From positions 28,169,260 to 28,233,259 of the forward strand of contig CM119263.1 in NCBI GenBank assembly GCA_051294375.1: a DNA stretch of 64,000 nt. The letters run 5' to 3'. A program made the translations under genes and the position numbers. Source of the stretch: Paraspadella gotoi. Taxonomy: Eukaryota; Animalia; Chaetognatha. Below, piece after piece: positions 24,327 to 42,513 of the stretch. The notes beneath the pieces are model-generated. The model was given only the letters and a program-made list of their open reading frames with translations. It searched no databases and was not told the origin of the DNA. Every line of letters begins with the position of its first letter. Positions within the stretch are counted from its first letter, which is position 1.

Positions 24327-24699
24327 AATACAATAATTAAAATGTAACACCATAACCATTTGCGATGAGAGATAACGATTCTATTTCTCCTCCCGTAACT
24401 CGAGAGAGAGAAAGAGGTCAAAATTTAAAAAAAATAAACTGGTCAAAGACACTGTATTTCTCCATAATAAAAATATACTCGTATATTAAAATTATTCTAA
24501 TGACTTTAAAAGAAAAGATTCTACGCATATTTGTTACAAAAGTTTTATGATGTCCACTCATCACAATTTATTCAGTACAACTACAAGAAAATCTTGAATA
24601 GTAGTTAAAATCCTGAGACATTGTAATCAAAACTTCCGTCTAACAGTTAATGAACTCAAGCTGCTTATCATCTCCTTGCCTTCACACAATGTCAACCAA

Positions 24700-26444
24700 C
24701 TCATTGCTTACCGTTGACGACGTGTTCCTTGTCTCCATTCACAATCTCCACCACCTCATCCGTTGTCTCCCTCAACTCCTCGCCCTCGATCTCCACTCGC
24801 ATCTCAACATCGAAATCTTGCAATAGGTCGACCCTGTCCTTGAAGGATCTTTGCTTCTTGATTTGCGTCAGGACTTTGGAGACGGTGGCGCCTTCGCCGT
24901 CGTCGTCGTCGTCGTCGTCGAACTTACGTCGTCGTCCTCGTCGTTCGTGTCGATTTTCTGAGAAAGAATTCGTCAGAAGTATTTTTAATTATTATCATAT
25001 ATATGTAAAAAATGTCGAGGCGGGAATTAAGATATTAAAAAGAGAAACAGTTTTAAAGTATAATTTAATGAGAATAAAGTTGTCAACGCGATGACCTGAA
25101 AGAGCTAAAGAGTATAACTTAGGAAGAAGTGATGATAAGAATAAGAATAAGAATAAGAAGTGATGATAACTTAGGAAGAAGTGATGAATGAATAGCAAAT
25201 GTGAAATTGGTTGTGAGACATCCATGCAGTATTTTGTAGAGTTCTTCGTGGAAATTACAAGAGCAAAAAAATAACAAACATGCTCCTAAATTTTCCCAAA
25301 GATCTCCACTAAAATAAGACTTATTTCAAAAAATTAACGTAAAAAATATATTTCAAAAAAGGGCATTAAATTATGTTACTTTTTTACCTGTTCCGTTCAG
25401 CATTTTTTCTCGGTCGATTTTTTCTTTAGGAAAAACTTTTTTCGTTTTTTTGACGCGAATCTCCGTCGAATTCATGAGTTTTGTTTATCTGTAAAAAAAA
25501 ANNNNNNNNNNNNNNNNNNNNNNNNNNNNNNNNNNNNNNNNNNNNNNNNNNNNNNNNNNNNNNNNNNNNNNNNNNNNNNNNNNNNNNNNNNNNNNNNNNN
25601 NNNNNNNNNNNNNNNNNNNNNNNNNNNNNNNNNNNNNNNNNNNNNNNNNNNNNNNNNNNNNNNNNNNNNNNNNNNNNNNNNNNNNNNNNNNNNNNNNNNN
25701 NNNNNNNNNNNNNNNNNNNNNNNNNNNNNNNNNNNNNNNNNNNNNNNNNNNNNNNNNNNNNNNNNNNNNNNNNNNNNNNNNNNNNNNNNNTCTTAGCGCA
25801 TTTTTTACAGTATATTTATTCGACTTCGGACACTAAATAAAAGGGCGGATTCCTCTTTTTTTTTATTCTTCGTCCGAGGTCATGCGTTGATCCCCTTAAA
25901 CTATTTTCAGTTTTCAATTGAAATATCTCTCTTTCTCTCTCAATTATCTCAGTTCCCCGGCACAGAGGCTCCGAGGCTCCGCGGCCGGTTTTTTTTTTTA
26001 GAATTCGAATCTTCGGTTATAGATTCTCTCTTTTTTGGCGCGTTTTGGTCCCGTGCCTCGTTTTGTGTCCAAGTAGAAAAGGCAGAGAGAGAAATCAGGA
26101 TGATTTGATTACGAATGAGAAATGAAGCAAAATGGCGGCACACTTGCTATGTCGTTGGAATGATATGAGCAGCGGTTGTGGGAGAAAAATAATAAGGATT
26201 ATAATAATTCTTATTTAGTCATCAAAATATTTTTTAAAATAATAAGGATTCTAATAATTCTCTTTTAGTCATCAAAATATAAATATATATATATTAAAAA
26301 TAGAATTTCATATAATTAATATCATATACGAGTTATTTTTTTAAATAATTTGACGGTGTGCTCAAAAGGGTGTGCAGAAGCTTCCCGTCGAAGGGGAAGG
26401 GTTGTTGTGTTCGATGATATTGATCTTGATTTAACTTGAGGCAT
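24700..26444 (-). CDS. Putative gene of unknown function convergent with GATM
   Basis: Possible ATG 26444 (MPQVKSRSISSNTTTLPLRREASAHPFEHTVKLFKK). Internal candidate exons ~26140-25960 and ~25488-25388. Last exon ~24957-24700 reads ENRHERRGRRRKFDDDDDDDGEGATVSKVLTQIKKQRSFKDRVDLLQDFDVEMRVEIEGEEL. The model is interrupted by an N gap and homopolymer ambiguities. Confidence 0.4.
25502..25790. other. Assembly gap (N run)
   Basis: N run. Other gaps: 26883-26907 (25 N), 41525-41549 (25 N), 41719-41917. Confidence 1.
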
Positions 26445-26445
26445 C

Positions 26446-26477
<32 letters not shown>

Positions 26478-26609
26478 TGCTCTCGTTTGAAGAAGAAAAA
26501 AATTACCGAGGAGTAAAAAAAAATGAAACCCGTTGGGTCGGATACAAAACAGAAAACAGAAAAAAAACAGACCTTGAGACGAGGGTCGGACGTAGACCCG
26601 AGAGATGGG

Positions 26610-26705
<96 letters not shown>

Positions 26706-26907
26706 ACGAAAGAGTATAAAAAGAGCCTAGAAATTTTTCCTATTTTTTTTTCCAACTCGCTGTCTTGAAAGAAGAATGAAAAAATTGAGAACCAGTTTCG
26801 CCATATTACATCGCTTCCAAGACAAAGAAAACTGAAAAAAAAAAGGAAAAGTCAGACAAAGATAAAAGATGTCAATTTCGAANNNNNNNNNNNNNNNNNN
26901 NNNNNNN

Positions 26908-32816
<5,909 letters not shown>

Positions 32817-32929
32817 CAAGGAGATAAAAAAAAGGAAAAGACGTAAACTTGAAAAGAAAAAGAAAAAGAAACGGGAGGGGAAAAACGACTTTTAGGAAAA
32901 TAGGAGAATCTAATATCCATTAGTATTAG

Positions 32930-33517
32930 TAGAGCAAACTTCGTCATGGGTGGGTCAGAGTTTGATTTGGGAACCTTTCCAAATGAAACTTCATACATTT
33001 CTGAGAAAACTTTCAATGGAGCAAATTTCTAAATGGCAAGAAGCATTAGTAATTAATTTTTTAATATTTATTTATAGATAGGAATGTCAAAATTTTTTTG
33101 AATTTTTATTTTTAAAGCGATTCAAAAGCTTATGAAAAGTTATCTACACAAGTATAATTCTTTTTTTCAATATTTGATGATAAGTGGGTTAAAATGAGAA
33201 AAACCTTAAAAAATCATCACTTCATCATCCGATGATTTTAGCAGTTTTTACTAATTTTAGTATAAAACATCAAATTTAAAAAGTTGTAATTATATTTTTT
33301 GCTTAACTTTTTAAGCTCTATCAGAATCAATTAAAAGAACTTAAAATATTCAAAAAAAAATTTTTAACATATATAGCAATATAATATATATAATTAGCGA
33401 ATTACTCATGGTTCGGAACATTTTTGCAAAAAAATATTTTAACACAATAATTAATACCAATAATGAATTAGTTTAATGGCTGTTCCCATTAAATTTGAAT
33501 TTGGTCGGCTACCGCTA
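32930..33517 (+). mobile_element. ~590-bp non-autonomous DNA element (second copy 40535-41148)
   Basis: tagagcaaacttcgtcatgggtgggtcagag...ttggtcggctaccgc occurs twice with different flanks. Here it is flanked by duplicated (ta)gtattag. It is absent from the equivalent site at ~45627. Confidence 0.75.
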
Positions 33518-33521
33518 GTAT

Positions 33522-34800
33522 TAGGGTTACGATAACCGTTAACAGTTAACGGTTATTAACGGTTAAAAATAATTTTAACTAACCGTTAATATATTTATTT
33601 AACGGTTAAATTCGGTTAATTTTTAAATATGATTTTTTTTATTTTTTGGTTTTTAAATCTTTGATTTTTTAAAAGAAAAGTAATTTTCTTGTCCTCTCTT
33701 ATTCTCCTCTCTTTTTCTCCACATATTTTTTCACCTCTCTCTCTTTTCCATTTTTTCCTATTTTTTTCCTTGTTATTTTCAACCCTTTTAATCTTTTTTC
33801 TATACTAATCTCCTTCTGTACCTATCTCTTTCTTTCTCTCTTTTCCCCTCCTTCTTTTCCCCCTTTCTTTTCTCCTCTTTTTTTCTCCCTTTTCTTTTAC
33901 CTTTTTCATTTTTTGTCTCCCTTCAGTGTTTTTTTCTTTTCTTACTTACTTTTCTCCCAATTTTTTTTTCGTTTTTCCTTTCAATTAATTTTATTGCATT
34001 TACATCAAAGAATATAATAAAATATAATATATATTCACATGCATAATAGTTGCATACATTTTCTTACATAATTAAATTCTTATATAAAATAAGCCACGTA
34101 CTCTGGAGTGAATAAACGAGACTGTGAGAGAGTCTTGATTGAAAGCTTGCAGGGACCTGCTATGTCATTATCTTGTAAGAGAGATGAAGGCCTTAAACCA
34201 CCAAAGCCTGTCCAAAGTCAGGGGCAAGATTAGCTTATTTATGTAAATGAATGGCATAATTTTTATATTTGTACCAATTTCATAATATATGCCTATTTTG
34301 CTATTTTTTTTATTTCACTCTTTAAACAAACAAAGAAGCAAATGAAATAAACCAAAATGAAGAAAAATTATTAAAAAAACTATATAAAACTAATTGTAAT
34401 GAAAAAAATTAATAATAGAAGGAACTAATCTTAAAATGGACATTAAGGCTAACTAAAACTATCCTTCAATCATGATATATTTTTTAATAAAACTGAAAAA
34501 AAATATTTAATAATCAATATTCATTGATCAATCGATCAATCAAACTGGTTCAATCAAAAAAATATTATTCATAATTTATATTATGGTTATGGCTTATGAA
34601 AAAATAAAAACAGAAAACAAAGGTTTAAGAAACTAACAACTAGAAAAATAAGCATTGCTGATGAAGACTCTAATTGTAGAGTCGAAAACATGTCCGAACA
34701 AACAAATAAATTGTTTTCCTCTCTAAAAGTTAAATTATAAAATTAACCGATTTTTAACGGTTAAGCGAAATTTCTCAAAAATTAACGTTATCGAACCCTA
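33522..34800. mobile_element. hAT-type non-autonomous transposon, copy 1
   Basis: TIRs tagggttacgataaccgttaa / ttaacgttatcgaacccta; subterminal ttaacggtt repeats; 8-bp TSD attagtat (32919-32926 and 34801-34808, the left copy displaced by the nested 32930 element). Confidence 0.85.
34652..34700 (+). ncRNA. Minimal hammerhead ribozyme-like motif
   Basis: CUGAUGA-A-GACUCUA-auug-UAGAGUC-GAAA(A)-CAU-GUC: 7-bp stem II, palindromic ACAUGU, GUC triplet. Stem I is weak, and the one extra A may be sequence noise. Confidence 0.6.
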
Positions 34801-35234
34801 ATTAGTATTAATTGTTATTCCTTTATTTTTAAGATATACCTAGTTGATAAACTAACTTGTACGCCAAAGACAGGTAATAAATAATAGAGCGATGATTTTA
34901 AAAGACTCAAGAGAGTCATCAACATAGTTAATTTTTAATATTATATATTATATTATTATTATTATTATATTTAAAGACTCAAAAGAGGTCATCAACCATA
35001 GTTAATTGTTATTATTAATATTATTAATACTCTTGGATCCAATTCCCGTTTAGTCGCGAAATCGAGTTTGGATGAAAACTCGAATTAGGGAAAAGAAGTT
35101 GATGGGTGAGTTATTAAATTGGTGAGGACGACGACGACGATGACGGCGACGATGACATCGAGGAACTCGGACTCCATTAAACCTGAGCAAGATAGGTTTA
35201 ATCATTAATGATGATTAAACCCTATCTTGCTCAG

Positions 35235-36010
35235 GTTCGCCCTGCCGATCGACTCTCCCGGAACCGAAGACTTATTCAACGGACGACCTCAGTTTAAATC
35301 TCATGGTCCCGAGTACAATCCAATTGTCTTCCCTTTAGAAATTTTGAGAACGGAGTTAAATGACGTCTGTAACCTGATCAATGATTTTGTTTCTAAGCGA
35401 ACGTTCTCTCTCTGTTACGAGGAGTCGGGAGAAATTTAAGGTGGGTGTGGCGGTAAATTCACACCGCCTCACTTCCAACATCTTTCAGCCAATCCCTTTG
35501 CCTCAGAGCGGAAACGCACCATCCCTTCCATTCACAGTTTTAACGACTTCCCTCTACGTTGGCGAAGTGAAACAGTCCTCGGGCAGCCGCGCCAGTGACA
35601 GGAGGGGTCTCTGTGGCTCGATAGTCCCCAAAGCCAAGGGAGAACTGCCCAATATACTATAGATTCTACAGTCCAGATATGTTCCAGAAACCACTCTGCT
35701 GACATTTTGCTCTTCTATGGACCTCGTTTTGGCTCATAAAACCCGCGATGAATCCTGTTCGTCTTCTCGCCAACAGAATCTATGACTCATCGACTAAACT
35801 CATCCATTGGCGACTCGGCAAGAAAGCCAGAACAACGACAGCATCAGTGGTCTGGAAGTCGATGAGGATGAGGATGATGATTGAAAAGGGACATCGGTGT
35901 TACGACACCTTATTGACAATGAGGGAAAGAGAGACACAGGTCATTTCGTGATGACAACGACAACAAGCGGGGATCGATCGATAACAATAACAACAACACC
36001 AAGGACGATT
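35235..36010 (+). other. Candidate coding exon or pseudogene fragment, unidentified
   Basis: GC-richer block after a cttgctcag acceptor, with overlapping ORFs (35227, 35381, 35748, 35897) that could be one frameshifted ORF. No family recognised. Confidence 0.25.
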
Positions 36011-37193
36011 GTCAAAAAAGAAAATGACCCAACTGGATTCGATCTCGGGATTTCTCGTTCGATAAATCATCTTCTCTTCCTCTTTCGCTTCCTAATTTTC
36101 TTTTCCATTTTTCCTCTTCCCCTCTTTATCTCTTCCTTCTCTTCTGTCGCCAGCCTTATCAAAAAAAGGATATATTAAATCCAGTTATGATTAGATAAAA
36201 AAAGATATGAGGTTGTAAATTAGTTGTCGGGCCGGTTTTTAGCAGAATGAAAATGTATCAAATTCTTTAATCTTCATTTCTTTAATTTTTTTAGCGTATA
36301 AATTTATTTGGATCCAGTTACGTTGAAATTCATATATTTAGCAAAAAAATCATTTAAAGAAGTTTCTTTCATCTCTTCATTTTTCCGGGTTCCTTACCCT
36401 TCAAAACTGTTCGTCCCTTTCCCTTAGATGTCCTCCGTTAGGAATGGGTAAGTTTTACTTTCCAACCTCCAAACTTGATTACCTAATTTGCGAACCCTGT
36501 CGTCCTTCGACCTTTCCAGTTTCATCTTTGATCGATTGAACGATAGAAAAAAAAATTGACCAATGGAGCTCCGACTTTTTCTACTACTCTACTAAATTGA
36601 AATTTCTTTTGTTAGCTTTACGTCTGAACATACCAGTGACCTTTTCGTTCCTCACCTCAAAACAAGGTTTAATCTTCGTCTCGGATTTTTTCGCCAAGAA
36701 ATTATTATTTGATCTGATAAAACGAATCACGAATTGAAATCGATAAGATTTTTTTCGAGAGAGGCCGCGCCGGTCCGAGAAATAATTTTAAGGGAAAACT
36801 ATGTAATTCTTGCAAAATAAAATTAATATCGTTTTATTTTATGAGTTTTATGAATTACTGATATTATTATTATTCAAAATAAAAAATAAGAATTTTTTTC
36901 CCGTTATGGATAATTTACTTATTTACAATTTATTTTAGGCAAGGAGTTTTTCTTAAATTCAACTTACATAATAAATATTTTTCAAACCTTAAGTTTAAAA
37001 ATTCGTATTAGAGGTTCCTCAAAAAAATCTTTGACTAAAACCGGAGAATAAAAAAAAGCAAATAGAAAATAATTGATCCCCTCTCATAGGAGGTCTTTTT
37101 TTTAAATTCTTTAAACTCACTTATTTTATGTTTTCGACCTGAATTGTTTTACTTCTCTTCTTTGTACTCAGGCTTCTGTTTTTTTTTCCTACC

Positions 37194-37197
<4 letters not shown>

Positions 37198-37246
<49 letters not shown>

Positions 37247-40200
37247 GAGTCGAAATTAAAGCAGCATAATTTGAGATGTTGTATGCCCTGGCCACCGGGA
37301 TTCGTTACCATGGTAAGAGAAAACGCCCTCACCATTAGACAGTAAGATAAACTACTGCTTTCCCTTTCTCTAAGAAGGCGGCCCGCACGCCGTCATGGGC
37401 CAACTCGGGCGTCGTCGAAACCATCGAAGACAGTCAACGCCGTCAAAACGACGCGAAACGTCGCCGTTTCTTTGAATTCGGCGCCGGAACCGAGGATTTT
37501 CAAAGAGTTTTGCAAGTTGAGTTGAGGATTTGGGGTTGGGGAGTGGGATTGAGGATTATGTAAGGGGTTGGGAGTGGGATTGAGGATTTAGTAAGGGGTT
37601 TGGGAGTGGGTTGAGGATTTAGTAAAGGGGTTGGGGAGTGGGATTGAGGATTAGTTAAGGGATTTTGGTGATAATGACGATTTAGAATAGAAAGGTATCA
37701 GAAGCGGGAATTCGGATTTAGGACGGGAATTGGGAAATGGGGAATTGGGATGATTCCGGAATGGATTTTAAAAGTGGAAATTGATCTTTAGGAAAAGCAT
37801 AGGGAAAGCATTTGCAAGTGCGTTGCTAAATTTTTGAAAAGAGATATTTGCCACTGAGGATTTACAATTGGTTTGGGAGTAATGATTTACAAAAAATATT
37901 TTTTACAAAAAGTTACTCGACCTTTGGAAAAGATTTAATTGTGAGTTGTAATCTTAGAAAATTTCTACGTGGAGATTAAAGATTATATAACTCGCTAGTT
38001 ATGACAGATAAACGCAGTATCTTAAAATCGTTTATCTTTCTCCGCTGACAGAATTACTTGATTCCCTGAACACGGCGTCTGAAGTGACTCCAGCTGTCAA
38101 CTTCTCTTTCGGGAAAAAAGACGTTCGTCCAAGATGCAGAAGGTTGGTTCCTTCAAGTCATAAAAAAAGCGATAGGAAACACTTTTATCGAGGTGGGAGC
38201 TGCGGCCTTCCAAGAATAAAAAAAGATAACTATGTTCGTTTTCTGCTTGTTCTTAAGTTTTGTAGTTTCTTACGGAGTGAGAAAACAAAGCCGATGTAAA
38301 AAAATTTAGACACTTCTTTTCTATTATCACGTTTATAGTTTAAACATAGTTTACGAACATAGTGAATATAATGTTAAATATTTTGTAAGAAGTTCAAATA
38401 TCGCCCGAGCCTACGATCCGTTTGTTCTGGTGGCTTGATACTACCTCGATGATATTTATAGATTGTTGGCCAAATCTCATACAATATGTCAGGCCATATT
38501 CGTTTCCAAAACTCTCTCTCTCTCTCTCTCTTTTTTTTTTTTCTCCACCACAGGTTTGTTCAGGTCAACAAAACCTCATGTGCTGATGGTGCGGTACATC
38601 GAAGATCGAGCAGAAAAAGGCTCTTGATGTCGTGGCCTCGTTTTTTCAGTTCGGCGGAACAGAGATGCACCCAATCACTTGAAGCACATAAAGATTCTCG
38701 GTTGAGCGAGCGGGAGAAATTTAATTGTCTGTGTTTGACCCGTTGATCCCATATATCCATTTGGTTTGACCCATGTAAATCCATTTTGATCCCCGTTTCG
38801 TTCTATTTTGATTCGGCGACACATTGTGATTTTTTGTATTTATTTTCACCACAATTAGGCATGCGAGATGGAGATTTCGCTTTGACTTCTATTGATAAGA
38901 CAATTTTAATAGATCACTTTGCTGAAAAAACTGTATCGGGGTTGTAATTTTTTCCACTTTTCACTTTCAGAGGGGCGATTTTCTCTTTAATTTATAAAAA
39001 TATGATTTATATATATATGTATATATATATAATATTATATTATATATAATAATATAATATAATAAAATATATATTATTATATATTTCCATATTTTCACAT
39101 TCTTTTTAAGTTGTTTGGAAATTTCTAGTTTAGGAATCATTCAATCTAAGGAACGAAAATATCCATTTGCAGTATTGTTGTAATGTAAAAAGTGCCCTAT
39201 GATTTAGATTAGTCCATTGACCAAATCGGTTAGGCTAGATTGTGCCTTAAATATATATGATCCTTTGTGTATAAACATTTATATGATAATTGGTCGTTTT
39301 AATGTTAAAATGTTTACTATTATTTGATTTTTATATTTTTTGGCTACGATAAAATGAAAAAAATACGTCTTTTCGGTGTTATAGGCCTAAAGCAAACCGG
39401 AAGCGAATTAACTCTGTGTTTCTCTCAGAGCGCCACAAATCTTTCCCCTTTTACTAAAGACTTTCCGTGAGAGGACCACTCAAAGGTGTTTCCTTTATTT
39501 ATTACAGCCCGAGTCAACTGGGAATATAAGTAATTGCCATCTAATTAAATAATAATGTAGAAATTACAGTAGTTCAGGTATCTGTTCGCCTCTGGACAAG
39601 ATAAATATTGAGGGTCTGGAATCTGGAAAGCTTTGGGAGTTTGTTCAAGGATTTGAAAAGGTCATTCAAAGGATTCGTCAGATGTTTAGAGGTTTGCGCG
39701 CATGGAGTTGGCGCAGGTTTGAGAGACCGGAGACAGAAGAGAGAGAGAGAGTAAGATAGAAAGGAGAGAAATTGGATACTTCTTAATTGGTAGCTGCAGG
39801 GGTAGTTTTAATTTCAATTTTTTTTTTCATTCCAGATGGTTTGCAGGGAAGCGGGGCGATGGATGTAGCGATTCCTGGTCACGCTCCTCTTTTCCGCTGG
39901 AACCAGACGCTCATAAAAGTAGATAAAAGATGTATAAAAATTATATAAATATATAATATATAATATAAATGTTATGCAAAAGAGGTTAAAAAGTTGTCAT
40001 TTTTTCTCTCCATATGTGTTACTTAAATGTGTCCTGTCAGTTTGGCGTCTTAAGGTTCATTCAAAATCTGGGCTGAAGTGGGCGGATGCAAAAAACCCTT
40101 TCCGGTCATTCCGCTTCCTATTCTGAGCCTCAAGTAATAATTTTTTTATTAACATCCATTACTTCATTAGTATTCGTTTGTTAACTTGAATTTAAGGTTG

Positions 40201-41420
40201 ACGTAGTTTTTAGAACATTTCCCTTTTATTCGGATTCATTTCTACAGTGTGTCCCAATGGTACTGGGGAGTTTTACTTTGGGGTTTTTTAAAAGAACAAA
40301 ATGAAATATGCGCACTAAGTTATGGAACCATTTTATAGGTATACCTAATTTTAAAAATTGAACAAAAGCAAACTCCTGTTATTTTATTACATAAAGCAAA
40401 ATGGTATAGAAAATTTTTTTCAGTTGATTTTTAAAAAAAAATGTTCAATTATGTATTTTTTAATATTTATCAAATATTTTTTTAATAATTGATAATAAGT
40501 TTAAAATAATTTTCTTTAGATGGCAGGACAGTAATAGAGCCAAACCTTCGTCATGGGTGGGTCAGAGTTTGATTTGGGAACCTTTCCAAATGAAACTTCC
40601 ATACATTTCTGAGAAAAACTTTCAATGGAGCAAATTTCTATAAGATGGCTTAGAAGCATTAGTAATTAATTTTTTAATAATTTATTTATAGATAGAATGT
40701 AAAATTTTTTTTTGAATTTTTTTATTTTTTAAAGCGGATCAAAATGCTTATGAAAAGTTATCTACACAAGTATAATTTCTTTTTTCATATTTTTGATGAT
40801 AAGTGGGTTAAAAATTGAGAAAAACCTTAAAAATCATCATCAATCATCAGATGATTTTTAGCAGTTTTTACTAATTTTTAGTAATAAAACATCAAAATTT
40901 AAAAAAAGTTGTAATTATAATTTTGCTTAACTTTTTAAGCTCTATAGAATCAAAATTAAAAAACTTAAATATCAAAAAAAGAATTTTTTAAACATATATA
41001 GTAGGCAATATAATATATTAATATAGCGAATTACTATGTTCGGAACATTTTTGCAAAAAAATAATTTTAACCATAATTAATACCAAAATAATGGATTAGT
41101 TTTAATGCTGTTGCCCATTATATTTGAATTTGGGTCGGCTACCGCCCAACGAGTAAGAAACTATATTTTAGCTCCAGAGCTCATATAATGCGTAATCTTA
41201 TTTTTTAAATTATTTACTTACCTTTCAATATAATTTATTTTGAAGTACATACAACCTATTTTGGTTCTGGCTTAATGATTCAACTGCTCATCCTGTGAGA
41301 ATAAGAAAATTTAAAATAATTAATTATTAGCATATTTTATCAATTAGTTTATTTTGTACATCTTATTTTTTTTTAAATAAGAAATACTATCAATTTACAA
41401 AATTTTATATTACTTTAAAA
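37198..41420 (+). other. Indel-rich duplicate of ~42435-45890 (5' exons of the WD40 gene); probable artefact or second haplotype
   Basis: Colinear copy with many 1-nt indels, ending near the 25-N gap. It carries an extra ~620-bp insertion. Confidence 0.8.
40535..41148 (+). mobile_element. Second copy of the 32930-33517 element, inserted in a MITE
   Basis: Flanks gacagtaa / acgagtaa (noisy ~8-bp TSD). The empty site caggacagtaagaaaact is at ~45617-45635. Confidence 0.75.
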
Positions 41421-42157
41421 TGCTTATTTACGCGATAAAAACAAAATCATAACAAAACGAAGCCGAGTCCACTGGGCGTTGTTTTGAGAAATCGCCGGTT
41501 TCAAATTAGAGAAAAGGTCAGGAANNNNNNNNNNNNNNNNNNNNNNNNNAATTTGTAAAAGATTACCAAAAACAAATGACATCAAGTATTTCATGAAAAT
41601 TACCACCACCACCACCACAGTTTAATAAACCACAGAACCACCTTTCGTTTCTCCATGAATCTAAATCTCCTTCCGTCACGCGGCATCAAAGCCTCCAACA
41701 CTTCGTCCACTTGAGAAANNNNNNNNNNNNNNNNNNNNNNNNNNNNNNNNNNNNNNNNNNNNNNNNNNNNNNNNNNNNNNNNNNNNNNNNNNNNNNNNNN
41801 NNNNNNNNNNNNNNNNNNNNNNNNNNNNNNNNNNNNNNNNNNNNNNNNNNNNNNNNNNNNNNNNNNNNNNNNNNNNNNNNNNNNNNNNNNNNNNNNNNNN
41901 NNNNNNNNNNNNNNNNNTTTAAATCTGTTTAAACTTTTTTTTTTTAGACAACAACTTATCGGTTCAATGGGTCAACTAAAGGAGTCTTTATCCAGGTAAA
42001 TTAATGAATTTAACTAAAATTAAAATTTATAATTTAAACTACTTCATTCCCTACTGCATTCATTACAGCATTCGCATGAAGGAGCTGAGAGCCGCGGAGA
42101 TAAATTTGAGGACAGGAATGACTTTGTACGGAGGGAACCCAGCGAAGGCCATGCCAG

Positions 42158-42245
42158 AATTCACAGGTGAACGAATTCACTGTGAACAAATTCACTGTGA
42201 ACGAACTCACTGTGAACGAATTCACACTGATTATGAATGTCACTG
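42158..42245. repeat. 15-bp tandem repeat (ttcactgtgaacgaa)
   Basis: About 5 degenerate units; possibly the subterminal repeats of a transposon next to the gap. Confidence 0.75.
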
Positions 42246-42442
42246 AAAAAAGAATGTAATCTTAAAAAAATTTTGAGGATAGATCGAAATATCATAAGGT
42301 GCTATTTACTAAAATGACGTTTTTTTTAAACAGTAGGGTAGTTTATTAGTAGTTTATTAATATCTCTTATTAAGCACAGACAATGAAAGAAAACCTGAAT
42401 AGATAGCCGGGGTCATAGTTCAAGAGAAGACGAAAGAGAGAG

Positions 42443-42490
<48 letters not shown>

Positions 42491-42513
42491 GAAATTAAGC
42501 AGCATAATTTGAG

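Noticed and set aside
24820-24865. KQRSFKDRV similarity to the LC3/ATG8 N-terminus
   Set aside because: The match is too short, and no ubiquitin-like fold sequence follows.
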